Assembly: GCA_003990765.1 (NCBI GenBank)
Contig: RBNJ01000335.1
Coordinates: forward strand, 1 to 32,769
Length of the DNA: 32,769 nt
Reading direction: 5' to 3'
Source of the DNA: Jimgerdemannia flammicorona
Taxonomy: Eukaryota
This document shows positions 10,825 to 23,200 of the stretch, piece by piece; within the stretch, counting starts at the first letter, position 1; each line of letters starts with the position of its first letter. Position numbers and translations under genes: made by a program. The notes under the pieces were generated by a model. It saw nothing but the letters and a program-made list of their open reading frames with translations, did not search any database and was not told the origin of the DNA.

Positions 10825-12745
10825 ACCTTTCTATAGTATAATTCAGGTTATATAAACTTCTAACAATACTTTAAATATCATTTTTGGAGAAAAGGTAATA
10901 ATAATATAGCAACTAATGAGTATTCTAAGGAGTGTATAGAGCAGGGCAGCTCTAGTATATTTGACTAGTAATATATAAAAAGAAGTCATAGATTGAAGAA
11001 GAGCTGGCTGGATACTCTTACTGATGGATAAGAAGATAAATGAGAGGGAATCAGCAGACAGGGGTCTGGGAGAATAGGCTTTACTTATAAGATCAAGATA
11101 GGGTATCTGGTGACTGAACTAGAGAACTGGCTACAGAAGAGCAAGAAGAAGGAGAAGGCTGCAGAGTCTGATAGAGAGATCCATAGTAGTAGTAGTGATA
11201 GAGCTGGGGGAGTGGAGACTGGAGAGAGTAAGACTGCTAATAGAGGAGAAACTGCTAATCTAGAAAAAAAATCCAGATATGATAGCTGATAGTGGGGCTG
11301 AGCTAGGGGAGAGGTATGAGGCCTATGTACCTGACTGATAGTATAATGGATTTGATGGTAATATTGTTACTTAAGAAGTCAGTATCTGAATTTACTATCA
11401 CTTTATGCTTCTAAGACTTAGTAGTTATAATAAAAATGGTTCTGAGTCTTCTGGCTCAAGAGATGAAAGAAGCAGCTTTAGTGAAGTTTTTGAAGAGACT
11501 GGAAGAAGTAGAGGTGGGCTTTGAGGAAGAGGAGTTAATGTTAAGAGTATTAGAGAAAGGAGTAGTAGTAGGAGAGATGATAATTCCTATAACTTGGTAT
11601 CTATACTGAGACCCCAGAGTAGTGCAAATGATAGTAGTAAATGTATCTATAGTAAAAAAGGAGGTGGCTAGGAGGGCTGATTGTGGACATTATTAAGGAG
11701 TATAGTAATGTGGTAGATGTTGGCTTCTGAGTCTGAGAAGGGACTGAGTTCAGGACTGATAATATAGATATTCAGATTAGACTAGCAGATAAGGAGAATA
11801 CTGAGAAAGAAAGAGATTGACCAGTGGTACTAAAGTAAAGACTAGTGGAGTATAAAGTCTCAAGAGTGAAGAAGATACCAGAAGAGAAGGAGGACTTGCT
11901 GAAGGTGTTGGAGGATCTGGCTAGAGCTATAGAGAAGAGAAGGCTGGTCTGGAGAGAGTTTGAGACTAGGACAGTAGTTGAGATAGTAAATGGCAGAAGA
12001 GTGTAACTAGATAAGGCTATATGAGAGAGAGTACAAGAGAGATAATATTAGAAGGACCTGTTGGTAAATCTGAGAGAGAGGGCAGAGGGAGATATTACTG
12101 TAGTTAGTGGTAAATTGAGGGCAAGTGTTTGAGCAGGGAAAAAGAGAGGGACTCTTACAGTAACTCTGAAGAAGAGGGAAAGCTCCAAGCAGAGTATAGT
12201 GGTCAAGGATATGATGATAGCAGAGAAGGCCCAAGTACAGTATAGAGTACCCATGGAAGGAGGGAAAACTGATGAGCTGTAGAATATACTAGAAGAGGAC
12301 TAGGATGAGTCAGTAAGGATGAATACAGAGGGGGGTCTGGGAGTAGAGAGGCAGGAGGTGGCTCTAGGTATTGATAAGATCATAGAGGAGGAGAAGTAGC
12401 TGTGGAAGGTATTGACAAATATTACAGCAGATAAGTTGAGTAAGGTAGATTTTAGAGTAATTAGTAGTGACACTAGAGTAAGATCCTATAAGAAGAGGAG
12501 ATGGTACAGAAGCTTTGTAATAAACTATTAATGGGTCTGTTGAAGATAGAGAAATATGAGGTAGATGATATCAGAGAGATAGTACTTCTAACCATTATAA
12601 ATGAGTAGATAGTATATCTGTAGAGATCTAGAAAGAAGTTAGAGAAGTAGTAAGTGGTATATGAGGACTACTGGTCTGACATAGAGGTAGTAGATAGTAT
12701 AGACTATTAGAAGATCTTGGAAACACTTGATGCTTGAAGTATCAG
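10825..12745 (+). mobile_element. Older, heavily mutated copy of the same LINE family (5'UTR and ORF1), 3'-truncated
   Basis: Colinear with the reverse complement of 2488 to about 590. The 5'UTR AACAATACTTTAAATATCATTTTTGG matches GACAACACTTTTTACAACGTTTTTGG. Positions 11765-11960 match IDVRVRLAGRENTGKSRDWP...EDLLEVLE. It ends at the ILGALDAR-equivalent near 12740. Confidence 0.85.
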
Positions 12746-13654
12746 AATAAATGATTGGAGAATTTGAGTTTCCACAGGGAGCAACATCATTGGGTACCAT
12801 ATTGGGATACTACCAAGTACTACATACTATTCAGGTTGATGAGCATTTCCTATTTGCAAATATCATTTTTGTCAAAAGTTATTATTACTAATCTTAATAC
12901 TTCCTTTGCCTTTAGCATATTGTTGATAGTGGTACTATTAAGTATCAGTCTGCAATACAGCCTAATACCAGTCAGATTAAATTAGAAAAGATGAGAATGA
13001 CCAAACAAATGTTCCATAGTCCAATGAAAGTACCAAGTTGGAAATTTGCAGATTCAACCATTTGATTGATTATTATATAAAATTAAATAAATATCTGGAT
13101 ATATTTTATTATACTAGAACAGGTTTTTATTTTGCTACAACATAATAGAGTATTGTCAGTAGATTGTAAATCAATCCATATATAATAAATATAGTATTAC
13201 ATACTCTCAAATAAGAAAGCTGCACTAATCGAACCCTTCTCCCTCTAAATAGTGCGCAAATATATTGGTATTACTAATAGCCAGGATAAAAAGAACTAAA
13301 TAAGACTGCAATTATTATCTCATTAAAATAGGAATAGATGAAACTCTCTCTCTCATTGCTTCATCGCACTTTGCATGTATCTCTTACGGTTTCTCTGTCT
13401 ATGACATCAATATAATCTGTGGCTTAGACTCATCACATGATCAAAAAGGTGCAATTCTGTTGTTTGCACTTTATATTGTGGCTTTGCATATAGATGGTGA
13501 TTTCTCATGATCGCATGATCGTGTGACTGCATTATGCAAGCTGGTGGCTTGTCTGTCCAGACTCGTAGGATGAGACTGCTATTCCTCTGCCCCATGTGAC
13601 TAGAATTACAAAATACGTAAGCGGGCGTATATACCTCTTCTGCGAATACTCTGA

Positions 13655-15778
13655 ATGCATACGCCAGATCTACCAGCAGCAGCATTTACTATACGCGCCA
13701 ACAGCCACATACTTATTCTGTGACGGGACAGGCTATACTGACTATTCTGCACTGATACGGATCCCCGCATTCAGAGATTTATTGGTAACCAGTTCGTAGA
13801 TTCTTTCGAACTGCCTCCTGAGCTCCCGACAATCTTTGCCACACTTGAATGCCTGGTCTCGCCGGGTGAGGGCAGCATAGGTGCAATTATCACACAGAGT
13901 GGAAACACACCAGTGGAAGTTTTAGATGTCGAGGATTATGCTTCCAAGCATCAATGTGACTGGTGCGAGGTCTGCGAGAATGATCTCAATTGTCTACGTC
14001 CAGGGGAATGTCTCAATGACATCGTTATTAATGAATATATAAGCAGGTATGTGTGCTGGGTGCAATATTATTACTAGAGTTAAATCCAGCAATTCTTATT
14101 GTATTCTATGTCTACCAGCATTCCACAGAAATCCACACCTGTTACCATATTCAATACCTTTTTTTGCGTGCTTTGGAGAAAGGATCCTGCCAAAGTCATT
14201 GGGAAATTCGATCCATACAGCAACAGATTCTCTCTCATTCCAGTATATGAGGGGTAAGTATTTGTTCGGATGTTTTATCATGGTGGACAATGATATATCC
14301 TCACTGCCTCACAGTTATCACTGGTTTCTAGTAGTCCTTTGCAATATGGACTTGTGGGTCGACAGCTCTGAGGTCAAGGATTCCTCACAAAGGTTTTGTT
14401 TTTTTTTTTTTTTTTTTTCTGTATATATGTGAATGATCGATGTTTATTCATTTAACTGCTGGTACATGTATACAGGCCATTCGTCACAGTCTTGGACTCC
14501 CTGGAGGGTTGCTGCCAGCAGGAGAACATCAAGATAATTGTGGAATACCTGACAATAGAGGCTAAATGCAGAATCAGCACTCCACATACACCTGAACCAA
14601 GGATTGTCACAGCGAAGGTATGATGGGATATCAATTTTGTCAGGGGGGGGAAAGATACTAGTGTACAGATTCCAATTAAGACATCTGACCATTTTAGGTC
14701 CCTCAGCAAAAAAACGCATCTGACTGTGGGGTCTTTATGTTGAAATTTGCAAAAACATTCCTCTCCGATCCAGAGCACTATTGCTGAGTTTTATATGTAA
14801 ATATATTTTAACTGGATATGATGCTGTTCTTGCATAATAGAGTCCTGATTCTATTTTGTCTGATACATAGGAAAATACAGACATTGCTATATAGGAGGAT
14901 GAAGAACCAGCCATCTCTGACATGCGTGTCCATATTCAGGAGGTGATTCAAAGACGATATGACATGATGCCAAGCAATGAACCCGCCGCATCCGAACCCG
15001 CTACCGTACCGGCAGACCCCACTGATTCGAGGGTTATAGAGACCAGATCTAGAAAAGGAAAGGAGAAGGCAATGCCTGAAGTGGTGATAAGCCCCCCTGT
15101 TAAATGACCTGCCGGTGGATATGTAGAGAGTAGACCAGCCAAACACACCAAAACCAAGAAGTCGGCAGTGAATACAGTTGGAGATACAGACCCTAAGACG
15201 GTAGGCAGGCATACTGTATTCTGGTATTTGGACAGGGTTTCCAAGATGTTAAAATTTCTGTATGATTATTTTAGGTTGAGGCCTTCTGGAAAATGATCAA
15301 CAGGGCCAGACGCCGGGCAGGGGCTAGCTTTGCTGAGGATTCCACATTGTCCACTTCATCTCTTCCATGCAATGCACTCGAGACCCTCGTATAAAGGGCT
15401 ACCTTGAGCGACACCAATGTACAAATTGTGAATAATATAAACCTGATATGCTATCTCAACCTTGGCTGTGAAATCAACTCCATGGCACTGACAATGGGAG
15501 ATGACATACCATTTCAAACCAAAGCCACAAGACTTGTGGACAAAATTGCTGCCATTCCTGGGATAAAGGACCAAGGGGTTGCGAATAATATGCTCACGTG
15601 AGCAAAGTAGGTATATGCCCTCTTCAGGGACATCCCAAACAATACGATCAAGCACATCAACGGGTTCTCGGTGAAGGATGCGACACATAACTGGCCATAT
15701 GAAATTCAGGTAGCGATTAGTACAGAGAAACAACCATTGAAGTCTGTCGATTCATTTCCTTATTGGCTAGACCAGTAA
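13655..15778 (+). pseudogene. Ulp1/SENP-family (C48) SUMO/Ubl protease with a C-terminal helical domain, multi-exon, copy A
   Basis: DLNCLRPGECLNDIVINEYI (13982-14040), HWFLVVLCN (about 14320), VLDSL (about 14490) and VPQQKNASDCGVF (about 14700-14737) give the His-Asp-Cys triad and oxyanion Gln. GT-AG introns and several TGA/TAG stops. Start is approximate. Confidence 0.85.
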
Positions 15779-16048
15779 TAAAGTTCTGCTACATCTGGCT
15801 AAAAATCAAATGCGGAAAAATAGGCCAAATAAAGTAGTGACATAATATCAGAAAATAGAATGACATAACAGCAGAAAATGGAGTGATGCAATATGGCTCG
15901 TGACCCCAGAATGGTCACAGGATCTGCAGTCAATAAAATAAATATACAAGCCCCCAATCTGTTTTCACAACTCCTCTGTGAATATCCAAGCACATATACA
16001 GGGCTCTTTTGTTGTTTATACTGTTTTCCAAAGTCTTGTATGTTTTTA

Positions 16049-17298
16049 TTATTTAGCCATAGAGGAGACTGCTATAGTAATATCTTCAACTTCATTACAG
16101 GAAAGCTTATATAATAAGGATATATGGATCCCTCTTATAGCTAGAATTTCACATTCAGTAAGAGACTTTAAGATAGTATAAATGATGGTTGATCTCTGTA
16201 CATGCGCTCAGATATTCACTGTTCTTGAAAGACCAGCTTCTAAATGATAACGAATTGCAAACTCAGCTGTACACCCCTTTTTACCAGTAAACCCCACCTG
16301 GTCCAGCTCTTGATTGATCTGTTCAATACGGTCACCCATCCAGTACCTAATAAGATATTCATAGGCCTTGCTCTGTGCATGATTTTGTTTACATTGCGAT
16401 AGCATCTGCAGCATATTGCTAAGGTTTGTTGCTGCAGTAATAGAGCCTATCGGTAGGAGGGTGGGGTCGAACTTTGGATCTCGGACGAGAGTTTGAGCAT
16501 TAGCAATTATAGCCAAAAACCCATCATAGTCAAATGTTCTCTGTTGGGTAGCTACAATAATAAAATATAATTTTTATTATATTTCTATAAAGGAGAACTT
16601 GCAGTCTGTGAGAGTGAGATATATATATCATACCTTCATCATCTTCAGAGTCACTGATCACCTTATCCTTTCCATCACCCTTGTCTATCTTTGGGTTGCC
16701 ACTACTGCCTTTCGGTTTACTGGCCTTTTTTTTGATTTTGTCATTGGCAGACTCGGGTGTTGGAGGTGGGGATATGTTTATAGACACCGGCACTAGGGGG
16801 GGGGGTCGTCACTGGCACTGGCAGCTCCTCGGGGCCCGATGCAGCAAGTGCCTTGTGGTGCCTGTCTCCATCTTCATCACTCTCACGACCTCACTTGTTA
16901 GAGGGAATCCCGTCATCCAACACAATACCACCAAAGAGAGGCTCTAGATTACTGTTGGGTAGTAGCTCTGATGATATTGGATCTTCATCAAAGATGAAGA
17001 GGGAGGCTGGAGACAATGCTCCAGGTGGCATTTCTGGTATCGCCAGCAGGGCAGTGGTAATGTCAGTGAAGAGGGGGTCAGGATCATCTGCGGCAGACAT
17101 AGCTATATCAAATGGTTCGGAATTGTATTCAAGCTCTTTTGCCAGCAAATGTATTGCTGACAGAAGGTCGGGAAGCTAGCCCATTGCTACAGCAATCCAC
17201 AGGGCACTTTCTGTGATTGTGTATAATTGTGAATAGGAGTATATGGGGGGTTCATCAGGTGAGAAGGATTCAGTGGGCAGTTCAAATAGAATATTCAT
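16049..17298 (-). pseudogene. Unknown protein: acidic/Pro-rich linker plus C-terminal helical domain; 1 intron (about 16551-16633)
   Basis: ATG 17298 (MNILFELPTES) is in frame with ORF 16891-17148. A frameshift falls in the G-run near 16800. The last exon ...YLIRYWMGDRI...NI*AHVQRSTIIYTILKSL...AK* reads through a TGA. Confidence 0.6.
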
Positions 17299-17410
17299 CT
17301 TGGCAATAATGGATTAACCAGATAATTATGGTACTCAGCTTTTATTATGAGTTTTCTTGTCAGCTGATCAAATTAAAATAGAAGGTTTTGATTGTATGGC
17401 ATGAAATGCC

Positions 17411-17612
17411 TGGCCAATGAGCTGTCATTTAGCATATCCTTTTCATTGAAAGGGATATGCTAAATGTGATCTCATTGGTCCAATAAATATCAGGTGCCAC
17501 CAATGAGCTGTCATCTAGCATTGGTTTCATTGGCCAGACCAAATATTCGAAGTCACTTAGTAGGTTTTTGAGCAAAAAGTGTGTTTGCTCCTATATACAT
17601 TAACTATACTAA
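17411..17612. repeat. Palindromic non-coding module, copy 1 (partial)
   Basis: High identity to about 30787-31000. 41-bp hairpin at 17426-17466 (19/20 pairs), paired CCAATGAG/CATTGG boxes, a GAGCAAA-n7-TTTGCTC mini-hairpin and CTATATA. Confidence 0.9.
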
Positions 17613-17800
17613 TAATAATAATATTTGCTGTTTTCAATCAATTATCATATGACACCACATTATCATTTTCTAGAGAATCGCTTTTTGCCTATCACTCTTT
17701 TGCTATATAAACCCCTGTTAAAAATACATGACTCTATATCCTCACTCAGCATCCAGAGAAGTAATGTGAGTTTTTTACACACTAGCTCGAGATGCCATTC

Positions 17801-17925
17801 CTGGTCCTAGACCTCAATGGCATTATTTTCTTTTTTTTACATTCATTTCCTTTGTGTTGTATCTGGTCCTAGACCTCAACAAGCATGTCATTGGGATGGT
17901 CATCATGTTTGGTCGAAGACCTCGA
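17801..17925. repeat. Three short direct repeats with a palindromic GGTC-nnn-GACC core
   Basis: CTGGTCCTAGACCTCAA at 17801 and 17863 (identical), and TGGTCGAAGACCTCGA at 17910. Confidence 0.7.
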
Positions 17926-18018
17926 TAGTGTCATTCTACTACTCTTCTCCTCACTCAGTCAAGCTGTATGGTTGATCTACAGTTTTACTGACCCTCACCT
18001 TTTCTTTCTGCCTGCAGA

Positions 18019-20013
18019 TCATACACTTGCTCATGTAGGGAGAATAGTTCAAAGTATGTTTATTTTTCGAATTGTGCCAATTTGTATATTCACTATTTTA
18101 TTCTAACCGGAAGCTTTATAGTTACAGCCTGAACAACCTGGCTGCTCTACCACATGCTGTTTGTGTGGTGGTGGAGAACAGCTCTTTGAAACATGCAATG
18201 CTACTGCTTGCTACAATATTGTCTATATTAGTGATTGTGTGCACCCCTGTCTGCCAGGTGTACCTGAAAACGAATGGACCTGTCCAACACATAGTGGAGT
18301 AGGGGCCCTGATGTATGATGCCAATATGGATATAGATGTCCAGATGCTCATCCATCCTGAATCTGCCTTTACATGTGGTATTGAATCTGCTGCCAGCTAT
18401 ACATTTTTTGGCTATTGTCGTGGGCAGGTATCCGCTCGGGATTTGTATTTCCAGGACGAGGAGTCATTGGCCCAAGCAGTCAACAAGCTCTGCTGGCATT
18501 CCAATGCAGTCAAATGGCTCATAGTTGGCACATTTATCAGTGATGATGGTGATTACCAGCTTTGGGTGGATGGATGGTATCCATTGTATAACGTTCTGTA
18601 ATTTATTCTAAATGGACATGATGATATTAGAATCATTCTTGCAACTCCCTTCTACAAGCAAATGATCGCAGAGCAGATCGGGCTACTGTTGTCACAGATA
18701 AGTAAGGTTGTTGAAAATGGTATTGCACTTCTGCTCACTCATCCTGGTATCGAGCCTGCACATCTTGTATATCCACTTCTACAAGGTATTGAAAGGGGTG
18801 CAATTATGCACCGTGATTACCCTGAAACAATACATGAACTGCTTGGTAGAGATTCAGGAACTCCTGCATGGTTTGTCGGACAAGATATAGGATGGTATAT
18901 CAATTCCCATGTAATGCAGTATACTAAACACTCAGGTCACCAGAGATTTTTGGGAAAAATATGTGCATATTTTAGTTCTGGAGAGCTTGTCCAGTTACAT
19001 TGTTCCAAAAAGTAGTAAGATTACTATATAAATGGGCTCTACATCTCTCTCTCTCTCTCTGTTTCATTTGTATAATAATATTATGTTATTCTGAAATATG
19101 GCTACAGTCCAGTGGACTGCTGAGGAATATACTTGTATTAAGGCAAATCTCAACAAAGTCCTTCATCCTGCATTGATAGACTATAAAGGTATACTATTTG
19201 TAACAACTATAATTTGAGATATATCCTTCTCTGAGCTATATTATTGATCTTAGGCGACTATCCCTATATATCTGGAGATGTGGCCATTAATGCCCTCAAT
19301 GATATATTTGGGTTCAATGGTTGGTAGTGCGAACCACAGAATGTTACTGAGGAGTTTGTATGTCATTTTGGTTAGTCATTATATATATAATATATTATAT
19401 GCATGAATTCCATTATAACTGGCTGGGTATACAATATAGATCACAGTAGATGAGCAGGGGACATATTTGGTTGGAATCCAGATACATAGAGTCCTATGAT
19501 TGAAGGATGGAATCTTCCGTACAGTATGTATTCAATGATACTAGTACATCTTTTGAACATAAATATATGCAGATTTCTCAACTATTACATCTGCCACAAG
19601 ATTTCAGATTTGGAGATGCCTATCATCAGAAGACCCAGAGTGCTGCCACAGACAAGACATATAAGGGTACTATGACAGATTGTATTAAGCAGACAGCCCA
19701 TCAGCTAGGCTGGGTTTTCAACTGTATCTATGATAGATGATATGTGAAATTTCTCAAAGACCCGCACTCAGTGGTACCGAGACATAGTAATAATATTGAT
19801 GGCTGTTATCTAACTCATCGCTAGCATATTAATGGCTTTATTATCATATTACAGGTACTTTTCCCACCTAAGCAACAGTATTGTTATTCGTGGATAACAA
19901 CTGCTCTGCTTGACACTGCCGTCCGTGGAGATGAGCACAAGATCTCCACTGGAGGTGCAAAGAGAGATGCTGACGATGGTTTGTTAGTATGTGGGTTTAA
20001 GCGTGGTAAATAA
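18019..20013 (+). pseudogene. Multi-exon gene with an N-terminal PHD-finger-like domain; remainder unknown; boundaries approximate
   Basis: CCLCGGGEQLFETCNATACYNIVYISDCVHPCLPGVPENEWTCPTH (18155-18292) follows the PHD pattern including P..W.CP. The expected His is Tyr (CAT>TAT). Downstream exons include 18662-19015 and 19507-19740, ending GFKRGK*. Confidence 0.65.
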
Positions 20014-20209
20014 TAACATACAATAAAATTGGAAAAGCCTATAGTAGAGCTAGAAAGTTGTATTCATTTGGCTTCTATAGCTCTTAAATTATACTACAGG
20101 AAAAATATGTCTGAAAAAAATAAATAAAATATCAAATGGTTATAGCCTGTCAATAATGTATATATAAGAGTTACCTTTCCATATTATAAAATCCAACATT
20201 TGGAATATT

Positions 20210-23200
20210 ATGAAGCGCATATACCCAATAGAAGAGATAGGCGAATCCTCTAGACCAATCCCACAAAGACCCTGTACAATTGATCTTCAGGTGCACAGAA
20301 CATCGCTAATCGGTATGTGTGTTAAATGGAGGTTGTGAATATAATCACAAAATATACTAAAACAAGTTACTTTTGATATAGAATACAAGAGTCTAGAAAA
20401 GGCCAAGGAGGCAGCTGCACAAGTTTTGGTCAGGTGTCCTGATACCAGATTGGCAAGCTTCCTGCTAGTGCTCGAGACAGTGGCAACTGATACTGTTCAG
20501 CTATGTTCAAGCAGATCTGCGACAACTATATTCTGAACTATATTGAGTATGGGGGACTCTATCCAAATATTATGGAATACTGCTTTGGCAGTGTGCCATA
20601 TCCATTAATGCTTGATATGGAGTGGTTCAATTCCATAGATACACTATAGAAAGATCTGCTAGACACCATCAGTAGTTTCATCGACTCATTGGTTAATTTT
20701 ATCGCACTTTCTCTGTACCACGAAGCAGACTACATTGCTCGAGATAATGTTTGTATTGAAGAGGCTTGTACAGATGATGGTCGCAAAGCATTATTCCATA
20801 TAAAGATCCATAAGCTTGTGTTCACCTGTATGGAGCAGGATATGCGGTTTTTCGTCTTCTACTTCTACTCATAGCTATATGCCAACCGTGGCCACCTCCC
20901 TGCCATATTTTTCTGCCAGACACCAGAGGTTCAGACGAAGATCAAGGCATATGATGGTGGAGATGATTCCGAGTCAGTGGCAGAGTTTTTACAGGAGATA
21001 CATATAAGTTGAGGCAGAAGAACAATGGCGAGTTAATGACAGATACAAGTTTGAGTCATCTGGTTGTGATTGTAGCATTCACAGTCATGGTCGAGCCTTC
21101 CGCTGCTGTGGCTCTTGCAAACCCAATAAACTTGGTGAAAAGCCGCAATTCCTTCATCTATGCATGGTCACTGGCTGGTGGAACAAATAGAAGCTATCTT
21201 CCAGAAGTCTAGAATCAGATATCATACATACAGTTGAGCCTGACAAGCAGCACCATCGTGCATGGGCCCGTGAATCGCTATTGATACCACCATCTCAGTC
21301 CTATATACCGATTGTTGTGCCCTCACCAGAAGGTTTGAGAATTGTGGGCAAGCTGCAACCTGATGATGATGATGATGTTGGTGTATGGCACTGGGATTTG
21401 GACACTTCACTATACCCCTGGCTAAAGATACAGATTCGATGGTAATCCCAAGCACATGCATCATACTCAAATATACTACTGGTCGACGAATATAATAGTG
21501 GGGGTGGTATTTGCATGCCATCCATTGTACTGTTCGAAGAAGATACTATTGTGGTGTTCAAGAAGCATGACAGACAGTAGTACAATGTGTCTGGCAAAAC
21601 ATGGTGTAGTGTAGACGAGAGTGAAGCAGTCGAGCAAGAGAAGCAGAAGGTACTGTATTACCGACTGGATTCACAGACGCGGCACTGGCACCAGCATCTG
21701 GACATATGACTACAAGCACTGCAGCATATAGAGATGAGTGGCCTTGGGCAAGATGATCAGGGACAGCCTATAGACTATGCTGCAAAGCAAGCCAAATGTG
21801 ATGAGCTCAAAGAGCAGGATCGTGGCAAAATATATATCCAAGGACTAGATGACTGAGCTAGAGCCCTGATGTTCACAGTATCGGATACAGTCCTGGATCC
21901 CAGTTTCATGCTTGTGGATGCCACAGGAATGATTACTCAACTTGGAGGCATAACTGAGAAGATATGTGTCTTCTGCCCAAAGCATGAGATTGATGCAAGT
22001 ACTCAGATGTATACTCCATCAGTCTTTGTGGATATTGACCCTGCAGGCAGATGCTTTCTGTCATACTCTGCATGTGGTGGACCTGGCCGAAGTATTCGAG
22101 AAACTCTGCATGATGATACAGATAATAATGACTGGGAGGATGTGAAGAAACAGTTGGGTGAGGATATCGTGCAAATAATTAACAAGCCCCATCTCACCTA
22201 CGAGGATCTCTTGTGGATGAAGCCCACTGCAATTCCGCCACCTGATGGTGATCTGGTTCAGATTCCTTATATTGATTCAACTGCTGGCCCAATGGTATAT
22301 GTTGGTGTCTCTCCCATGGGGTCAGGCAAAACAACACTTCTGCAGTAGCTGATGACAGTCTTTCTCAGTCTGCTCATGCAGATGCTGGGTCTCGGAATCT
22401 ACCAGCAGCCATCGGTCCTCAGTGTGTCACCTCAGATCCTTCTAACACAGTTCACTGGGCTGGCACTTGGTCTACCAGACTATACACAGTATGACAGGTT
22501 ACGTCATTGTGCACAGGTACCAGAAGGTGAGCGAGTGTCATGTAAGGAGCTGCTGTGCAGGCAAAACCAGTTGTCTATCTGCATAAACTCACTAAAGCAT
22601 CTTGCAGAGTATGCTGACAATGGAGGCGGGTACAATGTCTTCATTCTTGATGAGTTTGCAACAAACGCACTATCATTGATATCCAAACTGATGCTACTAC
22701 ATGCAAAGGAGACATTTAGAGTGCTTACTGCACTTATGCAGAAGGCATGCGTAGTTATTCTACTAGCAGCCGATGGAGATATGCCCATGGTGAGGATGCT
22801 GCTACCCTTTGTGGACTGGGATGTACCAAAAAATGTAGCAATTACTATCAACAAAGGTGGAATTGGTGGTGTCTGTGGCCATGATCTGTTCATATCAGAT
22901 GATCATACTGCAGTGTGTCAGGTGCTAAAGAAGTACATCCAGGAGGGTAAGTCAGTATATATACCAACAAACCAGAACAATTATGCCGAGTGACTGGTTG
23001 AGGTCTGCAAGCTTATGGGGCTGGCAGATGATGAGATAATTCTGATCAACCGGGTATCACCTTCTGCACTGTGTGAGGAGCTGATCAGCAATCCAGCAAG
23101 ACGGCTTGGATTTACCAATGGTGGCCAGCTAGATTCAACACATCTACATATTTGTGTGCTTATAGCTACTCCAAAGTTCAATGTGGGCTTTAGTATTCCA

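Noticed and set aside
17801..17925. Spaced palindromic repeats resembling a mini-CRISPR
   Set aside because: Only three 16-17 bp units with irregular spacing, a eukaryotic context and no cas genes.
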